This document shows, in pieces, positions 29,074 to 39,000 of a stretch of DNA of 53,870 nt. A program made the translations under genes and the position numbers. Each line of letters starts with the position of its first letter. The stretch's first letter is position 1. Below the pieces are notes generated by a model. That model was not told the DNA's origin, searched no databases, and saw nothing but the letters and a program-made list of their open reading frames with translations. Source of the DNA: Paludibacteraceae bacterium (GTDB lineage Bacteria; Bacteroidota; Bacteroidia; Bacteroidales; Paludibacteraceae). The DNA is taken from positions 1-53,870 of the forward strand of contig JAKSKS010000001.1 of NCBI GenBank assembly GCA_024401615.1, given 5' to 3'.

Positions 29074-29137
29074 TAAGCTCACCTTTTAATGATGAACTCA
29101 AAAGTGTCTTTAATGTCATCTTAATTCCATTTTTACT

Positions 29138-29409
29138 ATGTTTGACTTAGATAGATTTATTACTGCCCAAAACAATTGCGGTATGTATGAATTGGCTTTG
29201 AGTGAAATTAAGGCGGGCAACAAGCGCAATCATTGGATTTGGTTTGTTTTCCCTCAAATTCATGGATTGGGGCGTAGCGCAACTTCTCAAAAATTTGCCA
29301 TCAGTTCGCTTTAGGAAGCGAAAGCGTATCTCGATAACGATTTGTTGGGAAATAGGCTTAGAGAGGCTGCAAATGCGCTTTTAGAACTGAATTGCACCGT
29401 TGAGAATGA
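29138..29409 (+). pseudogene. Truncated, nonsense-mutated duplicate of the 5' end of the DUF1810 gene
   Basis: Near-identical to 30369-30640, with 5-6 substitutions by eye. It starts at the same ATG. Codon 59 is TAG (29312-29314) where the intact copy has TTG. Homology ends at about 29409. Confidence 0.85.
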
Positions 29410-29479
29410 TAAAATATAGAGTCTAAAATATAAATAGAAGTTCAGACTTTTTTAATTTCACAAATAAACGCTTTTGATT

Positions 29480-30367
29480 ATGCGTTGCCGTTACATTGCT
29501 TTTATAATTATACTCTTTCTCTCTTCTTGTGCTAAAGAAGACTATGAAGCCAAAACATACCTTGTTGAACAAAAAATAGATTTGGAGTTGTCAAATGACT
29601 CATTAATGGCGAAGGGATTGGTGGTTTCGCCTAATGGACCATTCAAGTCTATTAACGAAGCGGTCGCTAAGGCAGTTGATGGTGTAACTATTTACGTCCT
29701 TCCTGGTGAGTATTGCGATACTGTTAAAGCATGGGGTAAGACTATAAACATCATTGGTACCGATAGCGCTAAATGCATACTCTATAACGCTACGGGCGAT
29801 TATAAAACACCACCTATTGAAATGTCATCGGGTCATTTGAAGGGATTGACTATTATATCGAAGCCCTGTGCAACTTTACCGGCTCCCACCGTAAAGAATT
29901 ATTGCCTTCATATAGAAGACAATTATTGTTATGGACACACTTTTTTAATTGAGTCTGTTCGCTTTGTGTGCGAAACTTCAACACCTGTTGGTTGTGGATT
30001 GAGAGGTAATTATTCATTGTCTTTTAAAAACTGCTCTTTCGAAAGTTTGAATTCTTATCCATGCACCTATATTCACGATGGTATACATAAAAGTGTGTCG
30101 GGACATGCGGATGTGTTGTATTCGAATTGTTCCTTTAAAATGGTAAGTGCTATTCAACCGTTGAGTTTTAAATCTCATTTAGAAGAGAACACAACTACGG
30201 TTACTTTTATCAATAATAAATTTGATTGCCCCATATTGAATACAAATTTACAACCTGTGGCTACCAAAAATGCTGTAGAGGGAACACATGACGGTTGGCT
30301 TGGTATGATGAATTGGTATTTGGGAATTGAAAGTATGGGCAATCCTGTGCAAATATTAAACTATTAG
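29480..30367 (+). CDS. Lipoprotein with right-handed beta-helix (pectin-lyase-fold-like) N-terminal motif, 295 aa
   Basis: The ORF-track start is a TTG. The ATG at 29480 gives MRCRYIAFIIILFLSSC with a lipobox Cys. GPFKSINEAVAKAVDGVTIYVLPGEYCDTV...INIIGTD resembles the entry motif of parallel beta-helix proteins. The stop lies 1 nt before the DUF1810 ATG. Confidence 0.8.
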   Translation: MRCRYIAFIIILFLSSCAKEDYEAKTYLVEQKIDLELSNDSLMAKGLVVSPNGPFKSINEAVAKAVDGVTIYVLPGEYCDTVKAWGKTINIIGTDSAKCILYNATGDYKTPPIEMSSGHLKGLTIISKPCATLPAPTVKNYCLHIEDNYCYGHTFLIESVRFVCETSTPVGCGLRGNYSLSFKNCSFESLNSYPCTYIHDGIHKSVSGHADVLYSNCSFKMVSAIQPLSFKSHLEENTTTVTFINNKFDCPILNTNLQPVATKNAVEGTHDGWLGMMNWYLGIESMGNPVQILNY

Positions 30368-30368
30368 G

Positions 30369-30640
30369 ATGTTTGACTTAGATAGATTTATTACTGCCCA
30401 AAACAATTGCGGTATGTATGAATTGGCTTTGAGTGAAATTAAGGCGGGCAACAAGCGCAATCATTGGATTTGGTTTGTTTTCCCTCAAATTAATGGATTG
30501 GGGCGTAGCGCGACTTCTCAAAAATTTGCCATCAGTTCGCTTTTGGAAGCGAAAGCGTATCTCGATAACGATTTGTTGGGAAATAGGCTCAGAGAGGCCG
30601 CAAATGCGCTTTTAGAACTGAATTGCACCGTTGAGGATGC
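30369..30640 (+). repeat. Second copy of the 272-bp direct repeat (intact-gene copy)
   Basis: Pairs with 29138-29409. The two copies bracket the lipoprotein gene. Confidence 0.9.
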
Positions 30641-30782
30641 TTTCGGCGGACTGGATGCGATGAAAACGCAGTCGAGTATGACTTTGTTCGATCTGGTTTC
30701 GCCTAACGATGTCTTTGGAATGGTGCTCAATCATTGTTTTAATGGTGAAAGGTGCATGCGAACTCTTCAGATTGTACAATAA
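30369..30782 (+). CDS. DUF1810 family protein (137 aa)
   Basis: LDRFITAQ...YELALSEIKAGNKRNHWIWFVFPQI.GLGRS..SQKFAISSLLEAKAYLDNDLLGNRL matches the conserved N-terminal block of DUF1810 (PF08837) proteins. Confidence 0.85.
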   Translation: MFDLDRFITAQNNCGMYELALSEIKAGNKRNHWIWFVFPQINGLGRSATSQKFAISSLLEAKAYLDNDLLGNRLREAANALLELNCTVEDAFGGLDAMKTQSSMTLFDLVSPNDVFGMVLNHCFNGERCMRTLQIVQ

Positions 30783-30805
30783 CCCTCTTCTGTATAAAAC
30801 AGTAA

Positions 30806-30840
30806 ATGGTAGACTGCTGAAAGTAGTCTACCATTTTTTG
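30806..30840 (+). terminator. Rho-independent terminator after DUF1810 gene
   Basis: Stem ATGGTAGACT / AGTCTACCAT (10 bp), 9-nt loop, then T6. Confidence 0.8.
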
Positions 30841-30952
30841 TTTAGGTTCCGCTTGTACAATCTCGATGACGTGTTGTACCTTTCTGTTTTCTCGTCCCTT
30901 TATTGAAACCTTTTTCCTATCAGCATCTGTTTGCAAAGTTCAGCGAAACCAC

Positions 30953-31150
30953 TCACTCAATCCATTTAAACAGCGCTAATCCGAAGAAAAAGGTTCCCGT
31001 AACGAAAAGAAGATTGCTTGTCCTGAAATCGGCTGTGCCAAGTTGTTTGCTAATGAGGCTGGTTAAAAGGAAGGTTACTGATAGTACGAAAGCGATTGTT
31101 ACCGTTTTTTCCCGTTTCTTTTTATTCATAATGAAAAGTTTTTGTTTCAT
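30953..31150 (-). CDS. Possible small two-TM membrane protein (65 aa, or 58 aa from the second Met)
   Basis: The ORF shows two hydrophobic helices (TVTIAFVLSVTFLLTSLI and LLFVTGTFFFGLALF) and lies between two terminator hairpins. I found no promoter motif and recognise no homology. Confidence 0.2.
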   Translation of the reverse strand: MKQKLFIMNKKKREKTVTIAFVLSVTFLLTSLISKQLGTADFRTSNLLFVTGTFFFGLALFKWIE

Positions 31151-31214
31151 AATAATGAACCCAAGGGTTTAGAAACGGAAATTTTCAGGTCCCTTTTAGT
31201 AGGTAATTATGCGC

Positions 31215-31249
31215 AAAACAAAAAAGGAACGCGGCTGCGTTCCTTTTTT
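31215..31249 (-). terminator. Terminator downstream of the 1557-aa gene, potentially bidirectional
   Basis: Stem AGGAACGC / GCGTTCCT with a GGCT loop, flanked by an A-run on one side and a T-run on the other. Read on the minus strand it is followed by TTTTTTGTTTTG. Confidence 0.75.
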
Positions 31250-31268
31250 GTTGGTATGTGAAAGATGA

Positions 31269-34200
31269 TTATTCTTCGTTAAACTGGGTTGCTCCCATAC
31301 AGCTTTCTGCGCTGCGAGGCTTGCCACATTCGTCGTTGCTGAGGTCGAAGTCTCCAACTTTTTCAATGGTAGTAACCTTTTTGCAGAGGTCTTCGTGTCC
31401 ATCCTTCTTGAGTTCGAGTACAGGCAAGAAACCGCAGTCAAAAGAGAGGGTATACTTGAAACTGTCTGCAAACTTGCGGTGGCTGTAGAGGTCCATATCA
31501 TCTGCGGTCTTCTGCAAGTGAGGGAATGATACGAAACTGTTGTTCAATGCTACGTTCTCGCCAGTGGCTTCTACCAATGAGTTGAAAATTTCAAATTTGC
31601 CGTTTTCTACAAGGTAGGTGCCAAACATGCTACAGTTATACATCTGCAAACTGGTGGTCTCCTTACCGATGAGGCGGATGTTGCTACAAGCAGCCATATC
31701 GGCGTCAGATGTACGGTCGCTGAAGCAGGTAACGTTCATCATCTTAATTGCAGGACTTGCTGAATTGTTTACGTAAAGTACAGCGCCGCCGCTCTTCGAA
31801 CTCCAGTTGGCGTGGAAAGTGGTGTTGAAGATATTTACTTCAGAAGTGTTGTTGCTTCCCGAAATGCCTATAACGCCGCTCTGTTTGCCAAGGTTGCCTG
31901 CAAAGAAACTGTTGCAAATATTTACTTTAGAGGTTGTGTTAATGTTGCTACAGCTGTTATTGCCTTCGGTTGTAACGCTTGCATCGTTAAATCCGGTTAT
32001 CCAACAAGAGTCTATGCTGACTTCTGCTCCGTTGATGTTGAATGCGCCGCCTGCAACAACCTGGTTTTTCACACCCTTAATGTGCATACCCACAATGCGG
32101 AGGTTTTTCACCTTGTTGCCAAGGTCGAACACTCTGCCCTTAACGTCTCTTGGAATAAGTATGGTTTCAAAGCCTTCTCCTTGCTGAGACATTTTTGGTT
32201 CGCTCTTGTCGTCGCGTGATGCGCTTTCAGGGAATCCACCACGAATCACCACGTCGGTCAAGTCTTTCACCTTGAAACCGTTAGTTGAACTTGGCTTGTA
32301 GGTGCCGGCAGTGAGGTTGATGGTAACCGAACGATTGGCATTCTTTTCGCGGAATTCGCGTGCAATTTGTAGCGCACGGTCCAATGTTGCCAATGCTTTG
32401 CTCCAAGTGGTACCCGCAAAACTGTCGTTTCCGTCATGTCCGTTTACGAAGAATTCGCCTGGTACTTCGCAAATATCAGATACGCGAATTTCGTTTGAAC
32501 TGATGGTGATTTCTTTACCGTGTCGGTCTTTACCCTTAATGTCCAACCAATAGGTACCCAAACCAACGTTAGTCAAGTTCGGACCTTTCTGGCCTGGCAT
32601 GTCGCTGTAGTTGTTAACCCACTGGTAGGTGAAGTCTGTCAAACCAGATACTGCAGAAGTTAGAGATGCGTGGGTTTCACCATTAGTGCATTCTTCTTTC
32701 TTGCTGTAGTCGATTGCTACACTGTATTCTTCTTCGTATGCGCCGTATGTGCTGGCAATAGTGTTACGCTTAATGTCGCGCTGGTCGTATTGGCACTTGA
32801 TGTATGGAGCGCCTGCCTGACCAACAATAGCCAACTTGTTGCTTGGAATCAATACCTGGGTAATACAGTTGTCTACACTGCTAATCTTGTTGAAACTGCC
32901 GCCCTTGAAGTTTGCTCCGAACTTTCGTGGGTTGTAGGCGTTGTCTTTCTCTTCTGCAACGAATGGAGACTTTTTAGGGAAGTTGTTGCGGTAGATGTCG
33001 GCGTTACCCGCGCATTCAACAATAGAGTGGTAGATGTTCAATTTACCGTTCTCTTTGTAGAAGTGGTCGCAAATGGTACTTGCGTAAATGTTGCAGATTG
33101 GTTCGCCACCCGCCATTCTTATTACCGAACTACCGTATGAGCCACCGTCGCCTACAACTTGGTTGCTGTAGAAGGTACTGTTCATAATGGTAATGTTCGG
33201 ACTTGCGTTGTACGTCAACAATGCGGCACCTCCTTTATAGCGGTTGGTGTTGTGGTTGAACGTACTGTTCTTTATGTTAACCTCGGCGTCTGTCATAATG
33301 TTCAAACAAGCACCCCATTCGAAACCTGCGTTTTTAGAGAATGTACTGTGCAGAACGTTGATTTCTGGCTTGATATCCATACGGTTGGCCTTTTCAGTGT
33401 GCAATACGCAAACTGCAGCCAAAGGACCATTGGTGGTTTGTGAGATTCTGAAGTTAGTGAACCAACAAGAGTCGATGGTCAACGTGGTGTTGTCGCTATA
33501 GATGGCACGGCCGTCTAATGTAGTCGCATACTTTTCACCATCGAAGTGGATACCTACGAGTTTAATGTTCGCCTTGTCTTCCAATTTAATGATGCGCTGC
33601 GATGCAGAGTCGCTGCGGAAGGTGGTCGCAAAACCGTTAGGGTTTGCTGGTGAAATAGGGTTGCGGTGCGTTCCACTAATGCTTCGGTCAGTTGGTAATT
33701 CGTCGTAACCGCCATAAAGGGTCACGTTGTCTGGAATGTCGAAACCATTAGTTTCATTTGGTTGGTAGATACCTGCGGCAATGTGGATGGCCATTGGGGT
33801 GTTGGCGTACAAACTTGATTTGCGCAACATCTTAATGGTTTCCAATGCCTTGTTCAATGTGCCGAATGCGTTCTTCCAACTTGTACCGTCGCGATAGTCG
33901 TCGCCGGTCTTCTTTACGAAGAATTCACCGTGTCCGCACGATTCGTCGTTGCGGAGGTTGACAGTTACGTTCTCTTTCGATCTTAACTGCTGGTCACAAC
34001 CAATGGCTACAACATAGTATTTTGAACCGTTGCTGTTTACTGGGGTTGAAAGGTAGACGTTCTCGTTGCGGCTTTCTATTTCTCCCAAAAGCTGTGGCTG
34101 GTTAAAGCTTGCTCTGTAGAAGCGGTAAATAACCGGAAGAGTGTCTTTACTCTTTGTGCTTACACGGGCTTTCAACGTGGTGTTGTAGTCCTGGCATACG

Positions 34201-35942
34201 GTGGTCGGGCTTGCCTCGGTGATGAGTTTTGCCGAACTTGTCTGCAATTTCGCCAATTGGCGGATGTGGAATGGGTTAGAAATGACGTGGCGGCTGCCAT
34301 ACTTCACTTCTACAAAGTACGATTCGTTTGGCTTGTTGGCGCTACCGTAGAAGATAGGGCCTGTTGCTCCGTCAATGGCTTTGAGGTTGCTGCCATCGGT
34401 TGAACCAATGTACCACTGGTAGGTGTATACCGAGTTAGTCAACGATACGTTCAATTCCAAAGTACCGTTCACACATGTGTAGTCGCGTTTGTCTTTGGTG
34501 TAAATCTCTGCACTCAAGCAGTCGCCCTTACGTTGAAGGACTTTCACCGGCTCAGAAGTGGTTGAGAATACGCCATCGGTTGCTACTACTTTGTAGTAAC
34601 CGGTATGGTCTGGAATATAGGTGGCTGTTTCGCCACGTGGCACTGGCACGTAGTTACCGTTGCGTGTCTTGCTGTAGTACCACTGACATTTGTAGTTGTT
34701 GTTAGGGAAACCGTTTGCCACTGCGGTGAAAAGTGAACTTTCAGAGGCCGACTCAAATGAGTTCTCACAGATTTCCACGCTGTCTGGGGTAATCTTAACC
34801 GTTGGTCTGATGTACGGAATAAGTGAGTAGTTGATGTTGTGGCCTTGCAAACGGAAGTAGATGGTCACTGGCGAATATGGTTCGCGGGCATGACCCTTAC
34901 AGTTGGTTGGCAAGAAGAAGAAACGGTAGTCCAAATCGGCCGGGCTGGCTTCCAACAACTCAAAGTTCTTCACTTTCGCAGTGTTGGTAATGCTCGATGT
35001 CTGGATGTCTTCGTTTAAGAACTCCATGTAGAAGTGTACGTAGTCTTCCAATGGGTGTAATACGAAGCTACCCCAGCGTGCCTCGCTGTTATAGCAGAAA
35101 TTAGTAGAGTCGAGGTTTTCCTCGTCAGTACAGTCTGCACCCCAGTAAGGAATCGCTCTGACACCTTTCTCGTTGGTGGTCAACTGCCAGATGTCGATTT
35201 CTCCAAAGTCGCTGAAACGCTGGCCGTTTTTCTTCTTATAGCGGCATTTGATGGTGTGTCGGCCATTCACCCATTTGGTTCTTGAGTAGGTCTCGAACCA
35301 ACGGTCGTTACGGCCGGTCATGTGCTCGCCGTCGACATACCATTCCCATTGCAGCAAGTCGCTGTTCACTCCAAGTGGTGGCTCTGCTTCGAAAGAGATG
35401 GCCGCACCTTTTATGAACTTACCGTTGTTGTCGATTTTGTCGCTATGGTAAATGATTTTTGGCTTGGGGAATGTAAACATATGGCGGTGACTTGGGCGCA
35501 CACCCACAAATAGGGTGTCGGGCGCTCCGCTTGGCTTGAATGTCAACCAAATGTTCAGTTTCTTAATTGTGTCGCAGAGGCTCAAACCCATGTCGCGGAA
35601 ACTGGTAGGTTTCGACAACTTGAATTCGCGGTTTGGCGTTACGCAGGCAATTGTAACTTGGTTAGACAACTCCGGAATGCTTTGGTTGTACGAACTTAGT
35701 TCTGAGTCGGAGTTGCGTAAACAGATAGTTGTATTGGTTGTAACTGTCTCGTCGCCCTTCCAATGAATAACATTGGTTTCATCTTTGGTTTTCATTTTTC
35801 TAAAACCATCACCAACTTCTTCAGATGGAAACAAACCATAATAGTTTTGGGCAGATGCCGACGCTGCTGTAATTGTTAGTATTACAGCGGCAAATCCTTT
35901 TAGGAATCGGGTTATGACAGTGCCGTCAGTTTTATGTACCAT
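31269..35942 (-). CDS. Large secreted protein (1557 aa): Ig-like domains plus two tandem right-handed beta-helix modules
   Basis: The ORF-track start at 35987 is a TTG that overlaps the upstream hairpin. The ATG at 35942 gives MVHKTDGTVITRFLKGFAAVILTITAASASAQ. Ig-like repeats are present (YKCQWYY..., YTYQWYIG..., FTYQWVNN...). Two homologous modules each open with C.(H/V)(G/P)GEFFV...DG(T/A)(S/T)W(K/S).A..L..AL and carry matching IDSCW(F/I)T, N(I)(K/F)N(S/T)TF(N/H) and NGK(L/F).I(Y/F).S(I/L)VE motifs. I see no T9SS CTD at the C-terminus. Confidence 0.88.
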   Translation of the reverse strand: MVHKTDGTVITRFLKGFAAVILTITAASASAQNYYGLFPSEEVGDGFRKMKTKDETNVIHWKGDETVTTNTTICLRNSDSELSSYNQSIPELSNQVTIACVTPNREFKLSKPTSFRDMGLSLCDTIKKLNIWLTFKPSGAPDTLFVGVRPSHRHMFTFPKPKIIYHSDKIDNNGKFIKGAAISFEAEPPLGVNSDLLQWEWYVDGEHMTGRNDRWFETYSRTKWVNGRHTIKCRYKKKNGQRFSDFGEIDIWQLTTNEKGVRAIPYWGADCTDEENLDSTNFCYNSEARWGSFVLHPLEDYVHFYMEFLNEDIQTSSITNTAKVKNFELLEASPADLDYRFFFLPTNCKGHAREPYSPVTIYFRLQGHNINYSLIPYIRPTVKITPDSVEICENSFESASESSLFTAVANGFPNNNYKCQWYYSKTRNGNYVPVPRGETATYIPDHTGYYKVVATDGVFSTTSEPVKVLQRKGDCLSAEIYTKDKRDYTCVNGTLELNVSLTNSVYTYQWYIGSTDGSNLKAIDGATGPIFYGSANKPNESYFVEVKYGSRHVISNPFHIRQLAKLQTSSAKLITEASPTTVCQDYNTTLKARVSTKSKDTLPVIYRFYRASFNQPQLLGEIESRNENVYLSTPVNSNGSKYYVVAIGCDQQLRSKENVTVNLRNDESCGHGEFFVKKTGDDYRDGTSWKNAFGTLNKALETIKMLRKSSLYANTPMAIHIAAGIYQPNETNGFDIPDNVTLYGGYDELPTDRSISGTHRNPISPANPNGFATTFRSDSASQRIIKLEDKANIKLVGIHFDGEKYATTLDGRAIYSDNTTLTIDSCWFTNFRISQTTNGPLAAVCVLHTEKANRMDIKPEINVLHSTFSKNAGFEWGACLNIMTDAEVNIKNSTFNHNTNRYKGGAALLTYNASPNITIMNSTFYSNQVVGDGGSYGSSVIRMAGGEPICNIYASTICDHFYKENGKLNIYHSIVECAGNADIYRNNFPKKSPFVAEEKDNAYNPRKFGANFKGGSFNKISSVDNCITQVLIPSNKLAIVGQAGAPYIKCQYDQRDIKRNTIASTYGAYEEEYSVAIDYSKKEECTNGETHASLTSAVSGLTDFTYQWVNNYSDMPGQKGPNLTNVGLGTYWLDIKGKDRHGKEITISSNEIRVSDICEVPGEFFVNGHDGNDSFAGTTWSKALATLDRALQIAREFREKNANRSVTINLTAGTYKPSSTNGFKVKDLTDVVIRGGFPESASRDDKSEPKMSQQGEGFETILIPRDVKGRVFDLGNKVKNLRIVGMHIKGVKNQVVAGGAFNINGAEVSIDSCWITGFNDASVTTEGNNSCSNINTTSKVNICNSFFAGNLGKQSGVIGISGSNNTSEVNIFNTTFHANWSSKSGGAVLYVNNSASPAIKMMNVTCFSDRTSDADMAACSNIRLIGKETTSLQMYNCSMFGTYLVENGKFEIFNSLVEATGENVALNNSFVSFPHLQKTADDMDLYSHRKFADSFKYTLSFDCGFLPVLELKKDGHEDLCKKVTTIEKVGDFDLSNDECGKPRSAESCMGATQFNEE

Positions 35943-35988
35943 AAGGTTACTTATGTTGAAAATAGCGTTTAATCTTTTATACCACAAA

Positions 35989-36021
35989 AGTCTACAGTAC
36001 GGTTTTTGCCGGCTGTAGACT
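35989..36021 (-). terminator. Hairpin between the CotH gene and the 1557-aa gene (terminator or 5'-leader structure)
   Basis: AGTCTACAG(TA)CGG / CCGGCTGTAGACT, followed on the minus strand by TTTTG. It lies 63 nt downstream of the CotH stop. A TATTTTTG motif on the minus strand (~36042-36049) precedes it, so it could instead sit in a leader. Confidence 0.45.
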
Positions 36022-36083
36022 CATGTGTGTAGTTTATTATTGCAAAAATAAGCAGATTTTTCTGAAGCGAAACTTTTTTCTGC

Positions 36084-39000
36084 TTATTTCTTAATGAATT
36101 TCAAACGAGTATTGTTTCCTTCGGTAACAATATTAATTTGGTAAATACCACTTGCCAAGTTGCTGGTATTGATGCTTACCTCATTACTATTGTAGGTCTC
36201 GATGAAAATCTGTCGTCCGATATTGTCGTAGATAACCACCTTCTTAATGGCCTCAACATTCGATGTGATATTCAACTGCTCATCAACCGGATTTGGATAA
36301 ATCGCAATGGTGTTTGGCAACTTAATCTTTGAATTCTCTTCCGATGTTACACAATTTTCAACGGAACCGTTAGCTGCCATAGGAGTCTTACAGTTGTTCT
36401 TGAAGTAGTGTCTTTCCGAACTTCCATCGGTAGCCCTACCATAGGTCTGGTTGGTGCCGATATTGATGATTGTAGTTAATGAGTCAACAATGGTTGTTGG
36501 TTTGCTTGAAAGTACGATGTTGTTCACTTTTGTGTCGCCCAACTTGAAGTCGACGTGCAAAGGACCATTCCAAGTGTCGTTGTCGCACCAAATCATCTTG
36601 TAACCGTGTGCTGGAACAATTGTCGCATTCGGATCAGTTGTCGGAATTCTGTATTTGGTTGGCTTGGCTGCATTGTCGCTAATGTACCAACCGGCAATGT
36701 TTACGTCTACGTCACCTGCATTGTAAAGTTCAATCCAGTCGCCATACTTGCCATATTCGTCAGCGTAGCCCAACACGTAACCTTCTGCAACCTCCTTGTT
36801 TTCTACCGTGCGTTGGTTAGATGTGCAGATTTCGTTGATAAAGATTTGCTTTACTTCGGCATTCTTTTCAAATACGGCTTCCATGGTGTAGTCGTCGCTT
36901 ACGGTTGTCTTGTAGGTGACATCTTTCGAAGTTGCACCCGAAGCTTTTCCTACAGCGTTTAACGACATTGCGAAAGTGAAGTCACTACTTGTAGGTGTGT
37001 TCTGGTGTACTTCTACTGCTACAACGTTTTTGCCTGCTACAAAATACTTGCTTGCTATTGAAATCTCTTTCACTTCGTCGTTGGTGTAGTCGTCGGCAAG
37101 AGTGCTGTAAACAACACTGTCTGAAGAAATGTTTTCCCTACTAACTTCTGTCCCGTTTATGTAGAGGATGTAACCGTCGTCGTACGATATCTTTGCTGTG
37201 AATTTCTCGTAGTCTTCCAAGTTGTCGATATCGACGCTTGTACGGAAATAACCTGTTATTGGTTTGTCATCAGCGTCTTCTCCGTATTTTAAGGCGGTGG
37301 TGTAGTCGTTTGGTCCATAACCAAAGGATCCAGTTCCTTTCAACCATCCCTCTGTTTCAAATCCAGACTTGTTCCAACCTTCAGCGGCGCCTTCTTTGTT
37401 GTAGAGGTAGTCCCATTCAGAACTGCTGGTGAGCAATTTTGAAGATGGTGCAGACGACAACTTCCAGTTCTTGAATACGTAACCGGCAGGAGCGATTGCT
37501 GTTACTGTAAGTGGTTGGTTGCTGATGTATTTGCTCTCATAAGAGTCTTTGCTCCAATACATACCATTAATAACCCAGTCGGTACCTGCAACGTTTGAGG
37601 TGATGTTCAACTTTATCGGGCTTCCACCCATATAGCTTGCAAGGTGTTCGAGTACGTATTGAGGACGTTTTTCAGCGAACTCTCTCATTGCCTTAAGTTC
37701 GTCTTCGTCTTCAAAGTTTGGCTGCCAGTGTTCGTTTGCAACCATAGCGCAGTATTCTGGGTATGCGTCTTTTGCAACACTGTCGATTTTTGCCCTTAAA
37801 ATGTCGCTCTTGAAGTATGTTTGCAACATCATAAGGTTCTTGGTCATGAACTTGTTCTTAAACTCATCGTCTTTCATCAAACTTGAGAAGAGGATGGTCT
37901 TCCATTTCGATTTTTCGTCGAATTTATAAGGACTGTTGCTGCTACCGTTACCCCAGTTTACAGCGTCGCCTTCTCCAGCACTGAATTTTATCATGTTGGT
38001 GCTGTAGTTGGTGTAGTTCGGTGCCCAACCTTCGTACATGCCGAAACCGAAATCGGTGTCGTATACAATCCAGCGGAAGCGACCGTTGTTTCTGTTGCGC
38101 CAGAATTTTAGGTTGTTGCCTGGCCAGTCGGTGTTGACAATGAACTGTTCGAACGCCATATAGTTCATATATTCGTCCATGTCCATCAACTTGTTCATTT
38201 TTTCGTAGTAACCGCTGGTGTTCTGGCCGGTTTGTGCTTCGGTCAGCAACTTGTTGTATGCGTCGATTGTACCTTCTGTAACAACAAGTTCGTTCTTATA
38301 GTGCTTGATTAAGTCGATGTCTTCTTCGTCTAAATCGTAGTTGCTGTACAGATAGTCGCTGTTGGTGTGTTCGTTAAGCAACATCAAACCCTGGTATTCT
38401 CCGTTCAAGTAATAACCTACCGGACGGTATGCCTGGTAGTCGATGTTGGCTCCGTGAATGAAACTCTGCATAATGCCGTCGCGGAAACGCAAGCCATCGT
38501 AGTCGTTACCACCGTTACGGAGGTGTAAACTCTTATATTTTGTGGCTGCTGGCTTGTCTTCGAAGAATGCGTATTTCATCTTGTTTTTGCCACTACCGCA
38601 TTTTTTGCTTGCACACAGGGCGAGCGACTTTGTCTTGTATTGGCGTGAGCAACCACCCATTACTTTGCCCTCTAATTCGTGGTTAATCACGGTCTTGCCG
38701 TCAACAATGAACTCGAAGTTCATTGGGCGTTTCCAGTCTTGGTTGTAGTTGGCCACACCGGTTAAATCGCAGATGCCCTTTATACCGTTAGAACCTTTAA
38801 CGCCAATGCCATAGGTGTCGCTGTCGAAGTTTTTCTTGTCGGTTACGACTGAGACAATTGGCAGTTTGCCCAAACTGTTGCAGTAACTGTGTTTCTTGTC
38901 GTCTAAAATGAATGAAGCGGTCGCTACAGGACTGCAAACCTTTCCGTTTGCATAAGCACGCGCTCTGATTACAAAGGTTTTGGCAATGTCAATGCCATCT

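Noticed and set aside
29202-29384. A pair of near-identical 60-aa ORFs (29202-29384 and 30433-30615).
   Set aside because: Both are the +2 frame of the duplicated DUF1810 5' segment. Their similarity only reflects the DNA repeat, and the DUF1810 frame carries the conserved family motifs.
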